Assembly: GCF_052425735.1 (NCBI RefSeq)
Contig: NC_135768.1
Span: forward strand, 2,046,001-2,110,000
From: Oculina patagonica
Lineage: Eukaryota
Direction of reading: 5' to 3'
DNA: 64,000 bases
Shown: piece by piece, positions 25,001 through 38,939 of the stretch
Layout: the number at the start of each line of letters is the position of its first letter
How positions within the stretch are numbered: position 1 is the first letter of the stretch
Made by a program: the position numbers and the translations under genes
Notes under the pieces: model-generated
Seen by the model: the letters and a program-made list of their open reading frames with translations, nothing else
The model's database searches: none
What the model was told of the DNA's origin: nothing

Positions 25001-27474
25001 TAGACTAATTGCAACTGGTAAATAAAACTAATTGAAAGATGATTTGTGGCCAGTGTGTGACACATTACCGGCAGTCATTATCGGCAGAAATTAGTGCCGA
25101 TATTATAAACAATACTTGGTCCCTCTGCCCGCATTTCAACGTGGTTAAACTAATAGAGATGTGTCACCTTAATTAAATCAAGGTTTTCATCTGGGCTAAA
25201 TTAAAAAAGCACATAAGGTGACAAACATCCCAACAGGGCATAATTTATCACGAGACAGAATACACGATGACTAACTCGTTAGCTTGAAGACAAGTTGACT
25301 AAACCTATATAACTTACTGAAAACGTTCGCTGTGGAATTGCGGCGATATGACGCTCTTTTTTCTTTTTTCCTTCTGTAAATATTTGCCCCCAACACGCTG
25401 TCTTTATCAAGTTAATATTACTGAGAGTCGTTATAAAGTAATATTCTTAAGTGAATATCACAGTGAGTCTGTGTGTGAATTTGGACGAGTTACCATCGCA
25501 TAAACACAGTCGGTCAACATTACAATATGGGTGTTATACCGTTGTTTGGGCGAAAGTTGCCAGGGGGATGAGAATAGTTCTCACCTCGTCACAAAGTTTT
25601 GATGAGAGTTATTTCCTATTAAACCACAAACTTTACCCCAAAGTGCACGCAAATATTTACATCGAGTGCTCTACAGAAGCTTAAGAAAACATACCAAGCA
25701 CTTTAGCAAGATATTCTGTTAAGAACCCAGAAAGTACTCGATCTTATCAAAAGATTGCAACTGCTCGCCATAAGATGAAATGTCAACAACGTGTAAAGTG
25801 GTGGGAGCTGTATTGAACAAGGAATAAGACCCAGCTAACAAATGACGCGCACGCTTTTGTCCCGTGCGGTTTCTATTTTCACGAAATTCCGTGATCGAAC
25901 GTTTCTCTTATTGAAAGATCTCGATCCATCCCACATCCCATTATTACTAAAACATGCTTCCACGAACACACGACACGAAGAGTAATATGTGATATTACAT
26001 CTTTAATATACTAGTATACTATGAAGATTCAGTGTGAGCCTGATTTGTTTGTGTGTATACTGACAACTTCACTTTAAAAGCACCTGACTCCAAAAGACCA
26101 AGTTATTAAACATGTGGTATGCGTTCCGGGTTTAAACATGCCAAACGACTTAAGGACTATAATTACTAACATATCCTGATTGAAATGCCTAATTAAATTA
26201 AATAATTAAAAAATCGTTAGTGATCACTACATGATGCAATATGGACTCACTAAAAGCACGTTTTAAGATCTTTCAAGAAGTGATTTTTCAAAGGCAAAAA
26301 TCTTAAGTGCTAACAAGGTGGGATGATTGAAAGGGCTAACTGGTACTAACTGTCTAAATTGGAAAATAATCACGATTATTTCATTCGAACGTTCATTAAA
26401 TAGAAAAAGATGAATAATTTTGTTTACGTGCAAGTTGATTTTAATTACGATTTCTCGGTATCCGCAATCTTAAACCGTCGCTAGGTGGGGCAAATGCGGT
26501 TGGACTAACAAAAACGCAAACGCCAAAGGAAAAAAAAACGAAAGCGCATCCTTGATTCAAATTTTATATAAACGGGCTCTGTTAGTAGAAGGCCTTAACA
26601 ACCTTTGCAGTCGTTTAACTTGATAGGAATACCAAGGTATCCAAAGAATGCTTTCATTTCAGCTCTTTTATAATGGGATAAAGTACATTTGATTTTCTAA
26701 CAGTGAGAAACTGTGTTTGCACAAGTTATCAATGGCTTAACTATTTATTTTTCAATAGGACACCCAAACAATCCAAATAATGTTCCGCTTTAGCTCAATA
26801 GTAATGAGATGAAACACAATTGATTTTCTATCAGTAAGGTCAGTAAGAAACTTTGTTTGTATAAGTTATCAATGGCTTAACTATTTTTTTTAGTCCGGAA
26901 GGGTGGTATTATTTTAATCCTTGCCAATATTTGAGTCATCAATGCTTCATGTTTTTTTGCACTCCCTTAGGCAAAGTTCTTCTTCCTCGTAATATTTGTT
27001 TGAGGTTTCCAGCTATTTGAAGATGAATTTTTACTTCTGAAAATTGCGTCACGTACGTAGTACAGGTGGTATACATGTACACAAGAATTATAACGATTTA
27101 AAGACAGCACATTTTAAAGTAGAGATGTTTTAACAGATTTAGTTGTTCCATAAAATTCTAGGTGAATTCCGTTAGCAAAGAGACATTTTCCATGGAATTC
27201 GCTAGCGAGAAAACACCAGAATGCTACTGAAGGGCGTTTATTGTTTTTGTCCTGGGGTTCTAAATGGAATAACTCGCGGATCTTTCTAAGAACTTTTTTG
27301 TTTAATTAAGATACACAAGCCCATATCAAAATCCAACGCGTGCCTAGTAAAAGCAGTAACATAACAGCTGCCGACAGCAGATATTTTTCTTAAGTCCAGG
27401 AGACATAAAATATTTCGCGATTGTGCACGACATAAAGCATGCAGTTGAAACTCCAATAACCTCTCCCTCCCTAC

Positions 27475-27861
27475 CCGGGGTTGGGGGTCTCCCATATAAA
27501 TTAAAGGGGAACGGAATGCTCGTCGGAAAATTAATATTAAATACCTATAGCTAGGAAACCACTGGGCGTGGCTCAAGCTTTTATGACCCCTAAAAAGATA
27601 CCATTTTACGTGCCAGATCGATCTCGTTACAGTTACCACGGCGTTTGTTATTTCTTTTCGTTCAACGAGACCTTGCCGGTGAAAAATATTGGTGTTTTTC
27701 TTGAATGCCCTAAGTGAAACCAAAATCTGTAATTTGCACCTGTAAGCTAGCCTCCTTCGCGAAGTTCTTTAGCCAAAAGAATGTCTGCTTAGGAGGCTAC
27801 CCCTAAGCGAGACGACGAGCTTCCCCTTTCCTTTCCATATGGTGTTCCCCACTCCCTAGGG
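27475..27861. mobile_element. Degenerate MITE with CCC.GGG-type termini
   Basis: CCCGGGG..CTCCCATAT..GGAATGCTCGTCG is inverted against CGACGAGC..CCATATGG..CCCTAGGG. Confidence 0.5.
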
Positions 27862-27899
27862 ACCTGTCTACAAATGTCAGGAGCTTTCGTGACGACCTT

Positions 27900-28231
27900 G
27901 TACCGATACCCAGACCGGACCAACACTTAGGGTCTTAAAATAACTGAGGAGAATATGCTGCCTTTGCAATAACAACCGCAAATGGTTAGATATTCTAGTC
28001 TTCCGGAAAAGACGATAAACCGTAGGCCCCGTCTCCTGCATCTTCAGTGTTATGGTCAGCAGGGGACGTAAAAGAACCCACACACTTATCGTAAAGAGTA
28101 GGGCATGGAGTTCCCGGTGTGGGTCTGTCTTTGCCCATTGTGCCGTGTACTGTGAAATGCTCGGAGATACTAGCTATGTTAAAGCTACTCTACAATCCGA
28201 GGGTAAACAAAGTATTCACTTCACTTCACTT
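27900..28231 (+). mobile_element. SINE body with Deu/Nin-domain-like core and (TTCAC)n tail
   Basis: GACGATAAACCGTAGGCCCCGTCT..GGACGTAAAAGAACCC..AAGAGTAGGG resembles, from recall, the DeuSINE/Nin conserved domain. It ends in a TTCAC tandem tail. Confidence 0.55.
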
Positions 28232-28613
28232 CGCGTGACTCTCAGTAAAACCACTCTACACAGGGGCCAGTTTGTTAATTCTGCCTCAGGGGCCATGCCA
28301 GCGCGGTTCTACGAGACAAAATTTTTAGCACATGGATCATTAAACGAACAGTTTCTTTCAGCTGACCAACACCGGGTGGAGTGATAATAAGTTGAGCTAA
28401 TTCCATCTTTTTGTTTACCTAAAACAAAATTGCTGCACGCATCCTGGAAGCTTCGAGTTTTCCGTGCGTACACACACCACGCTCGGTCAGCATTCATCAC
28501 GAGATCGGTCAATTTTATCCCATACAGACCTCCCGCCCGGTCCATAACAATTAAAATCAAATCAGGTGACGCGTCAAATAATTTCCGTTTAAAAAACTGT
28601 GTTCTGAAACATT

Positions 28614-28820
28614 CAGGGTCGGCCAATATACCAATATACCTGAAAACATGTACCCAATATAACCAAAATTTCCCCTGAAAATCATGTAAAAATCATACCA
28701 AAATTTGGAAAAACAGTATACTTTATACTCATATAAGGCCTGATTTTAGCGTATAAATACTGTGTACCCTATTTAAAATCTCCTGTATACCGTGTACCTA
28801 AAAACCCTGGCTAACCTTGA
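28614..28820. mobile_element. Short MITE with CAGGG..CC(T)TG termini
   Basis: CAGGGTCGGCCA is inverted against TGGCTAACCTTG, with internal TATACC repeats. Confidence 0.45.
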
Positions 28821-29629
28821 ACATTCTAAGTCGGTAAAATGAAGATACCGGAAAAATGAGTTAAGTTTATAGGTGTGCTACTCAGTCGCAATTTTTTTTT
28901 CTGTATGCATTTGTCTTTTTAACGGCCTTATGCGCCTACTGGCGCGAGGAGAATGATGATGACGATTTGTCTTTTTAAAATAGACCAAGTCAAACTCGGC
29001 GAAAAAAAAAAATTCGCAGGGAAATGTTTGGAAATATGAAAAGGTGACATCATGTTTCCCAGCACGTCTTGCGGTTTGAATATCTGTCATCACGTGGTAC
29101 AGTTGGCTGTATCACGTGATCAGCTGTTTTTGTTGCGACACGAAAACATTGGGTCACTTGGTACATACGTCATTTTCCGATCTACTTCCGCAACGACTTA
29201 CTGTTTTAACCAAAAAAAGCGTTGTTGAACATTTAATCTTATCTTCCTTTCGTAGAACTCTATTTTCTTCTTTTCCTATTATTAATTGGCTATTATTAGC
29301 AGTTGTTCTAAAATTAGATAGTATTTTGATAGAGTCATTTCAAAGGTCGGTGACCACACAGTACCACAAATGGATTCTAATTTGAAAGTGTGCAAAAACC
29401 CTGTCACTAGTTTTCATCGCTGGTAGCATTTTACTGCGACTTTGCCAAAAACAAAAAGACCGTCAGTTTTCTTAACAAATCCGCAATACACTGAAGCACG
29501 TAGGACATTTTGCTCATTGTAAATAGCATTATTAGGGAGTTCAAGGAAACCACAACGAAATGTCGCTAAAGAAAAGATTTATGAGCCGAGCGGTACAAAG
29601 GCTCTGCACTGGAGCATTTCTCAAGCCTC

Positions 29630-30071
29630 ATGGGTTCTCAAAAAATCGCCCCGATCGTTTCTATCGCCTCTGTCACTTCCAAAAGTTTTCTTGCGATTGG
29701 GGCGATTATATGAGAACATAACACAGACGATCGCTAACTTCTGCGGCGAGAGTGGGGTGATCACGATCGCTTGGATCGCCCTTGTTCTATCCTTCTAACT
29801 TCTCTTTCGCTTCCTTCACCGTAAAACTGCAATAACTGAAAAGATACGGGGGCCAAGAGTTTTGCTCTTTCATTGAAGGCTGTCATTGTGTTGGATCTAG
29901 GGCTAAAATAATTGGGTTTTTTTTATAGGTCTTCCCTCATACCAGGCGATCAGGACGATCATATGAGAACCCCCGATCGCTTCCAATCGCTTCGATCGCC
30001 TACGATCGTCTCAGTTTTTGCGAAGTAACGATGCGATAGAAATGATCGGGGCGATCATATGAGAACCAGCC
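29630..30071. mobile_element. PIF/Harbinger-like MITE nested in an older repeat
   Basis: TIRs GGTTCTCA..ATCGCCCCGATC.TTTCTATCGC / GCGATAGAAATGATCGGGGCGATCATATGAGAACCAGCC, with internal CGATC repeats. Confidence 0.65.
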
Positions 30072-30239
30072 TTCAGCCGTCCTCCGTGCAAAACAACAAT
30101 GTGAAACTGAACCAATTTGTAGCGCATTTTGGAGAATGTGAACCACGACAGCGAAAAGAATTTTTTAAATGTCAATGCATTTAGCACTGTTGTGCAAATT
30201 GAGGACAGTGTAAATCAAACAAAAAATATTATAAATAAA

Positions 30240-30422
30240 CAGAAACTTGTTAAAAATCCCAGATGGTGAGAGGCTGACCAGTTGGCTATTTATAATTACA
30301 AATCGTGGCTGAGGAGATGAACATGGGACGACTGATAACTAATTCAGCCTGTGACAGGGTAGAAGATTTGAACCAGGGACCTCCGACTTTAATGTCCTAA
30401 GTCACTTGGTCATGCCGCCTCC
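30240..30422 (-). mobile_element. Degenerate tRNA-derived SINE
   Basis: Minus-strand head GGAGGCGGCATGACCAAGTG..GGTCCCTGGTTCAAAT with A- and B-box-like motifs. Confidence 0.5.
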
Positions 30423-30472
30423 AAATTTTTTACCTGACGTTTCCATTTGAAACTAGGAGCGGTCTCTACATA

Positions 30473-30648
30473 CAGTGGAACCCCGATATAACGATCTTCG
30501 ATATAACGATATTCCCGATATAACGATGAATATGTTATGTCCCGGCAATAGTAAAATGTATGGGACGGAACCCCGATATAACGATTCCTCGATATAACGA
30601 TATAATTTTACTGCCCCCTTGGCATATCGTTATATCGGGGTTCCACTG
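30473..30648. mobile_element. Tc1/mariner-pogo-type MITE, TA TSD
   Basis: Perfect TIR CAGTGGAACCCCGATATAACGA / TCGTTATATCGGGGTTCCACTG, flanked by TA on both sides. Confidence 0.9.
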
Positions 30649-31699
30649 TATTCTGTTGGGAGAGAGCTCTGATACCGATATACAGACTCAGAATCGATTT
30701 GTAATCAACTTTCTCCGACTTCGACAAAAAAAAAAAACGAAATACAAAACAAGAAGAAGCATAAGAAAATATAAAATTCTTACCTAAATATAAATTTCTA
30801 GATCCTTCTTACAATTCCTCAATACGCGGTATAAAGCACGTAGCACTTAACAACACAATTACAAGCTCGTTCACAACAAGTGTTTTCATTGGCTCTCGCC
30901 AGTGACCTATTAAAAGAAGAATTACGTAGATGACATGTAAATCACAGAACACGTCGTCAATACGAAAAAAAAAACAACATCTAAAAATCGACCAAAATTA
31001 AAGGTTTATCTTCTAAACAAGCTTCAATTTACGTTTTGTTCCTTTTACGTTTGTCTAAAAGCGAGTCTGGTTCAAAATCTTTCGCGTGAAAACAAGTTTT
31101 GCTTGTATTGTTGAACAGCAATTGGCTGGCTTGCAGGGGGGAGCCGGATTAACTTTGAAACGCATGCGAATATTCTGCAAGAAACTGCAAAGTTTATTAG
31201 AGGAGCCTTACTCAGTATTTAAACTGCTTCATTTCGACCGTATTACAGATGTAATTTGTACGCAAAGAAAAAATCTTGAAACCGCCAAAACACAGCTACA
31301 TGGATGTTACAAGCAAACAACGAAAAAGCAACAACACAACGAGAAAGGTACTTAGAAGGCAATAAGCCGTAACGTTATGTTTCCGGAGATCTAAGCCAAG
31401 GTCAATAAGAACACTTAATCGTGACCACCGTGGCTAAAGCCACTCCAACAAACAGGTGACTTAAGAGCCTTGAAAAGATACATGTTGGCTAACCTCAGTT
31501 GGCTACTGGCCATCTTCCATCACAAGATCAACACGAAACAAACTTAAGTTAGTAGTTGAGTAATGTAGAAGTATAGCTTCGCAGTAACACTTTGTTCAGT
31601 TTCATGGAAATTAAAAACAGGTTTTAAAACAGGAGTTGCCTTGAACCACAGGCAACAGGGCCTGTTGCAAATGGCCTATTTGGAAAAAGGAAAACATTG

Positions 31700-32075
31700 G
31701 TAACTTTGAATGAAGATGAAGTATTCAACATGATACGAGCATGGGCCAAAGAAAAATCTGAGTCCCCGACGGGACGAACCCTGGCCTCCCAGATACCGGT
31801 TGGGCGCCAATCAACTGAGCTACGAGAGACTCGTTGTGAGCTGGGCCATTTTACTAGGTTGATAAGTGACACGCGTCATGCATGCTGCTAGGATCAGCAA
31901 TGTCGAATCAGCAATGTCACTTATCACCTAGTAAAATGGCCCACCCCAGCCCAGCTCGGGTGCCCCCCGGACGCAGGGTTCGATTCCCGGGGGCTCAGAT
32001 TTTTCTTTGTCCCATGCTCGTGCGTTATACTTCATCTTCATTATTTATTACCGAGTTTAAACTTTACCATCTTTA
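31700..32075. mobile_element. Inverted pair of tRNA-like SINE units
   Basis: Minus 31825-31700 and plus 31950-32075 share AGCTC..GGGTTCG..CTCAGATTTTTCTTTG.CCCATGCTCGT..TACTTCATCTTCATT. Confidence 0.6.
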
Positions 32076-32329
32076 TTTTTTACTACAGTGGTAACTTTTC
32101 TCATACTGGCATAGCCAATAAAGCAGGACTAATTCTGCTGCGTTGTAAAAGGCTTTCTTTAGTATCGTAATTGAAATTTGTTCTAGCTAGCTACATATAC
32201 TGAGACAGATAACTAAGTTATTACTAAAATGTTTTAACTACGAAAGAAACTGATTCTTGATTAAGTATCTGTTCTCCTAGAGCTCATGTGTTCCCTTAAG
32301 TTTTGTGTTGGCAAAACATTTTATTCATC

Positions 32330-32775
32330 TTTCGTTCTTTCATTTATTCGTTCCTTCGTTCTTCGCTCATCCGTCCGCGCGTCTGTTCAACCGTCCGTTG
32401 TTTGGTTTGTTAGTCACTCCTTCGTTCGTTCGGCTCGCGCATGCGTCCATTCGTTCGTTTCTTCGTTCGCTTTCCGTCCGTCCGTCCGTCCGTCCGTCCG
32501 TTCGCTCGTTCGTTCATTCATTTGTTAGTCCACTCGTCAGTTCGTTCATTCCTCCATTCGTCCATCTGTTCGTCCGTTCGTTCGCTCGTTCGTACGTTCG
32601 TATGTTCGTTGTTCGTTCATTCATTCGTTCGTTTGTTCGTTCGTTCCTTCGCTCTTCGTTGGTTCGTTCGTGCGTTTGTGCGTTTGTGCGTTTGTGCGTT
32701 TGTGCGTTCGTGCGTTCGTGCTTGCGTTCGTTCATTCGTTCGTTCGATCGTAATTACTTCATTTTTCGTTCGTCC
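32330..32775. repeat. Compound tetranucleotide microsatellite (TTCG/TCCG/TTCA/TGCG)n
   Basis: Directly visible low-complexity tract. Confidence 0.95.
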
Positions 32776-32921
32776 ATTTCGTCGCGTTTTACCTCCACGG
32801 ACCTCATCTTTTAAAATTTGTCCCTTATTTTATACTTGAAGCGGTATTTGATCGCATTCTGTCAAATCTAACTATTATTGTTGATGCTTATCTTCAATAT
32901 AAGGCAAAACCCAAACCATCA

Positions 32922-34080
32922 ATTTGGGGCGGTACAGACCAATATAGCTTATATTGGGATGCGCCACTCGAAATCTCATGATTGTCAACCCGTCTTGTAA
33001 GCTATAAGGGATTACCACTCAGTAAGTCACCATTGGACCAAAAATGTCGGCGCTACTAATACAGAACATGTGCACACAAAATTTTCCCACAGTGGTTATA
33101 CCGCCAAACTGAAACCGCTGATAGCCTTGTTAGAGAAAGTCATTGATATCTTTCAGATAAAGCTAATGAAACGCCTACAAGCGTTGATTAAAAACGGCCT
33201 CTTTCCAGAATGAATCAACCCCACCTTATCTTAGTTTATTTCTGGGCTTTGTAACAAGCTGATGAAAGCTTCACACTGAAAACAACCTACGAAAGAGAGT
33301 AGAACACATGCAATTCCAGTGCTTCAATGATTTCCATGTAAAATCATTTTTGGAGAGGGAAATCGCGTGTTTTTCGCCGTTTAACCTTATGTACCGACCG
33401 TTTTTTGGTCAGTTTCATTTGGCATACGGGATTTTAATTGTTTTTGTGCTGAATGTGAGCAATTATTTCCAGGTGTTTTACATGTGTTGTACAGTTGTCT
33501 CACCATCACGTTTCATGATGCAGAACGGTAAGAAGCTACATTGGCAGATTGCAAGAAATTGTGTGAAAAGTGCTCATCGGTTGCCGAACGTATAGTTATA
33601 TAACCTGCGATCAGGCGTTCTTTTTTCTATTTACGAAATGATTTCAGGTTAATAGTTATACTGTTCAACCAAATTCAAACTGTTTGAAAGTTGTATTGTC
33701 TAGACTATAGGAAAAGGGCGTTATTCTATTGGATTGAAATGTTTGCATTAACTGAATGGGGGCGCAAGAAAATTGCTTTTAAATAAATCGAGCTTTATCA
33801 GCATAAGTTTACAATTAATTGCAAACAAGGCTTTCACCACCGTCTACTTCGTTACAAGATTTATTAGACTTATTATCAAGGTAACACGCAAGAAAATGTA
33901 GTTAGCCGGGCGTCAGTCTTGATGACAAATACTGAAAGAATTTAACGGGATTTCATCCTAAAGCTCCTAAAGGTCCCAAATATTACTTTATTTTAATCAC
34001 AAGGAATTTCGTTATATCTTGTAATCGTGTTCTCCCGTTGAACTGAGACATATGCACCGTGCGTGTAATGGGTTAATCCA
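32922..34080 (+). repeat. Diverged ~1.1-kb direct duplication, copy 1
   Basis: Collinear blocks shared with 35028-36070, e.g. GATAGCCTTGTTAGAGAAAGT, ATCGCGTGTTTTTCGCCGTTTAACCTTATGT and GCATACGGGATTTTAATTGTTTTTGTG. Confidence 0.85.
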
Positions 34081-35027
34081 TAGCAGAAACAGCATGTACA
34101 AGGAAATTCTTTATATGCATTGCTCAAAAATGTAATCATCAGCAGCTTGGAATTTTGATGCTTTTCTTCGGTATCATTAAATGTCGTGTATACTCGAGTG
34201 TGAAATAAGTATTGCAGTAGCTTGGCTGGAAAACCGTGCACTGGACAAGCTTGTAACCTGGCCATGGTAAACCGACCGCCCCAGACAAGTTTAGTTGACA
34301 GTGACGTATCCATGGCAACAAATCACGCGACTTCTTGTCTTCCTGGGTGAAGTTCAAGACCACTGCATACAAGGAAAACAATTTCTTACTAATTTAATCG
34401 TGTTTGTTTTCTACTTCTCCAACATGAATCAAATGTAATCAGGAATGCATGTCCTACTCATTTGACCACTGAACTGGCAATATTGTAGTTTTTTACTTAC
34501 CAGTTAAACTTTGTTCTATGACTGATTGACAACTACGGGTTTGATTCCAACTACATTGGTTCGGTTTTTTGGGGTACGACCACCAATAAAAATGTTTTAA
34601 TTGCATAAAAGTCCTTAAAAATGAGTAGAATCCCATTTTCTTGAGCCCTCGATTTCCAGCGAATCTCCCGTAACTCGAACAAAAAGTCTCTTCACTTGGA
34701 TTAGCTTCACTTATTCAAACACTGCAATTTTACCCTGATTTCCTCGAACTAATTTTCATCTCCTTTGGAGGTTCGATGAATCCGGATTCCATTATAAAAC
34801 CGGAAGAGGGATATTTGGTAGAGAATTTCCTTGAAGAGCCATGTTAGCTAAGCTATTTAGTGAGGTCGTGAGCAGCAAATTTTGTCCCTGTTTAGTTCAT
34901 ATTTTATGAACAGTTTTCAGTAAAGACAACACCTCTTCCTTCACTAATAGATTCCCCAGCAGCCCTTAATATTTCGACCAAAAAAACAAAATCTATATCC
35001 CTCAGACTGAAAAACTCAAACTATCTC

Positions 35028-36070
35028 TTTGGGAGCGGCACAGATTGTACATAGCTTAAGCCAGGGGAGCATAACTCGAGATTTCATGATTGTTGACCGG
35101 TCTTGTTAGCAATTACCGCTCTTTTAAACCACCATTTGGACCAAAAATGTACGTGATACTAATTTAGAACATGTGCGTACTCAAAACATCCCCAAGCAGT
35201 GGTTAAACCGCCAAGCTAAAGCCGCGGATAGCCTTGTTAGAGAAAGTTATTAGATATCGTTGGAGATAAAACTGATGAAACAGGGAAATGATGGATTGAT
35301 AAACGGCCTCCTTCCAGATTAAATTAACCCCACCTTATCTTCATTTCTAGGCTTTGTATGATAAGGGAAATGTAAAGCTCTCCCCTATAAGCAACCCACA
35401 GAAGGGAGATAAAACGTAATTCAACGCATGCAATTCAAGTGCTTCATGATTTTTGATAGAAAACCAGTAGGGGAGACATACCACATCGCGTGTTTTTCGC
35501 CGTTTAACCTTATGTTCCGAGCCTTTTTGGTTTTCATTTAGCATACGGGATTTTAATTGTTTTTGTGTTGAATATGACCAATTATTTCCAGGTGATTTAC
35601 ATCTGTTGTACAGTTGTCTGACCATCATGTTTCCTAATGCGGTATATAACAAGTTACAATGGCAGATTGCAAAAAGTGCCCGTCTGTTGCCTACTGATAC
35701 GTTCAACTGACCCAAACTCAAACTGTTTGAAAGTTGAAGACCATAACAGAGGATTAAGATGTCTGCTGAGAAAAAATGGAACGTAAACAATTCTTAAAAG
35801 CAAATTGCTTTAGATCACTTTAAGATTACAGTTGCTAACAAGACTTTCATCACTGTCTCATCACAAGGTTTATTTTAATAAATGTTAAACACGAAAGGAA
35901 CTGCAGTTCAGCAGTTTTGATGACAAACGCTGCATGAATTTAACAGGATTTCACTTGAAATTTCCCCACCAAAAAAATTCCTTTTTAATCGCAAGGAATT
36001 TAGTTTTAAATACATTTGTCTTGTTATCGTGTTTTCCCGTTGAATGCATGTACGCCTGGTGCGTTTAATT
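35028..36070 (+). repeat. Diverged ~1.1-kb direct duplication, copy 2
   Basis: Collinear with 32922-34080 (see copy 1). Confidence 0.85.
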
Positions 36071-38939
36071 GGAAAATTAGAAACATCCTGTTAAATTACT
36101 TGGCTACCGTAGGCGTGGCTGCGAAATTGAAAACACATTAACCCCAATGATACTCGAGCAAAACGTTTCTAAATGCGAACGAACTTCGCCACTTCCTCGC
36201 TTGCGTTTTATTTTCCCGAGTAGCCTCGCATTTCTCGACACTCTATAGTGAAGACAAGAACCTTTTCCAGTTTTCAAAGTTTTAATGCAATCACTCAACG
36301 GCGAATCCTTCTTAATACATTACCATTTTTCAAGAATTTCTCAAGGAGAAATTGTTTATTGTCATTAGAGCTTTCATGTAAAGGGTTAAATCGAACGCGT
36401 GGGTTTTTTAACACCCTGGTGAAAGTACCGGACATCGTGGTTTGCGTGTTATCGAGCTTTCTCGGAAATTCTTTCGTTCAATTTTGGATTCTAAACACAA
36501 TGAAATAATGACCATGGGTGCTTTATCGATAAAGAATTTCTTGCTTTGTAACAAATGTTATAGATTTCCTAGTTAGGGAATGCACCACTCGTTGTGTATC
36601 GTTTATAGAGGGCGCAGAGAAAACCGCAACAAACTGAGCCATAAAAATGTTCCCACACAGTATGTCCCACAGTTGTAGCTGGAAGGCTTTGTTCCTGATG
36701 AACATATGTCAAAGGTAGCCCGAAATATTCAGGTAAATTTCAACTCCCGAGGATCAATCGTCTACGAATTAAATAAATGTAATAAATCTAGTTTCCATTG
36801 TAAACTGCACTAGAGAATCCGGCGAGTCAGCAACATATGGCTACAGCACCGCTGCGGGATATAAGACGTCACAATGCTGTAAAGTCGTAATTTTTCTCTG
36901 AGAAGGAATAAATGGAGTCTGCTGTAACGGCCGCTTTTTGTTTTTTTTTTGGGGTTGGGGGGGGGGAAACAATTAGATTGAAAGCGCCTGTTTCTAACAT
37001 TAGTCAAGGAGAATAAAGAACATACAGTCTAGCTGAATGCGGATTGAGTTCGAGGCGAACTCCGTTTGCGGTTTGTTCATTGAATCTGACACAAAGCGAG
37101 AAAACGCGACGGCTGGGTAAAACGAAATCTGACTTATATAAGTGTACTTAAGTGTACTTGCGAAAAGTAAATTCATCTGATGCAGAGCCATCTTGAAACA
37201 GCTAGTACAGAAACAGTATGTCTGACTACAAGGAGAAGCCTTTACTTCCCAAAACTGATACAGTTTTGGTAGTCTCGGTACACTATCACTCAAATGGTAT
37301 TGAGAACTTTTTTTAAAAATGCTAAAACCCGTGCTCTGTACACATTACTCGCTTATCATGAGGAATTCAATGCTGTTTTGACAATTAAGTTTTAAATCGT
37401 GTGGAATAAATTGTGTCGATTGTTTTTCATTAAGAAGGTCCTGGACTGGGGAAGGATAACCAAAACGGAAGCCTGTTTAACTGAAGATAAGGGACCCTCT
37501 TTTGTGACCCTATTCGATATAACAACTAAACAGAATTTCAAACCCCTGGCCAGCACATGATTAGGCCAAGACAAGTAAAGAGACGGTCTCTGCCCTCCCC
37601 TGGCCCCGCCCTAGAAGGGTTTAACGCCGGAATGTTCTCCAATTTGTTCCAGCTTAAGCATTCTCAAATTCTGACATCTCCCAATTTAATGTCGGAATTC
37701 ATCATACCTGCGAGCGGCAAACGTCAACACAGCCAAAAAACACACCACAGTGCACGCAATTGGTTTGGCATGCTACCTGATTGATAGGACAAATTCCGTG
37801 TTACAAAATAACACGCCTGTTCAGACATAAACATGCATAGAAGATAAGTATTTTCTGTCAATAATACCTGGTTTTGAACTGAATTGAGGTTATCACGCGG
37901 CTGTAAAGAACTAGTAGGTGGAGTAACAAAGTGGACGAGCCACAGTGCACAGGGACTGCGTTTTAACCAGAGGTAGAAGGGTTTCGAACCGCGTGACACA
38001 CCAGAATTTTGAGTAGTATCCGATAACACAGAATTTTTAGCGACATCAAACTTTCGCCAAAAAACGTTTTCCCGCTCGTTCACAACCCTAAAGCAGATTC
38101 TCCAAATTCGCGAAAATTAATTGTTGCCAAATATCGCTCTTCTAAAATAGCACATTATTGTAAAGGTGTGGCAAAAATTTCGTAAAGTAAGTTCCACTTC
38201 TTGGGTAAACAGAAATAAAACAAAGAAATCGACCCCCTAGCCTGTTTGTTTGGTCAGCACCATGAACGCGGCCTCTTGCTTCTGACCAGGTCTGATTTTT
38301 GGAGTATGCACAGTTTGCTCATTTTCGATTGTCAGCATAAACGACCGGAAGTCCGTGAATGATTCGCGGAGGATTGGGCCAGAGCCTACGTTCTTGTCTA
38401 TCAACTTTAAAAGGACCAAAAAGGAATTGCGCGAACGGGAAAATGCTACCCATGCGAGGCGCAACCCTAAAAACTAGTAAGAATGGTGATAAAAATCTTA
38501 AATTACCATAAATACACTCTTGGTGTGTGCAATATTTCACTCTTTGTGCTGACCAAAAGGAAAGCGGGCTCATTTGACCAGACTGAGAAGAAAGCAAAAC
38601 AAAGAAATACAAAAGTCACATTTCTGGTAATGGTAAATTCTGTATATTTGTATTACAAAATATATATGTTCATTTACCTTTCATTTGTTGACAATTGACA
38701 ATTGCATTATCTTAAATACTGTTTCTAGCTTCTACATGTTCATTTAATGACATATGTATGTTAAATATACACTTATGGCTGCCAATACGCGCTTAATTAT
38801 GATTTTAAATAGTCTATGGTAACTATTACATAGTTAAATAACTGACATTGATTCCATCAAACATCATGGAAGCCTCTCAGAAATATTAAAACTTAAACTA
38901 AAGTTTCACAGAAGCCATCACTACGTCTTGTCTACAAGT

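Noticed and set aside
32286-32839. ORFs of up to 169 aa rich in VRSF/RPSV
   Set aside because: They are translations of a tetranucleotide microsatellite.
37557-38612. Several 75-119 aa ORFs in a slightly GC-richer patch
   Set aside because: No domain motifs or consistent splice structure recognised.
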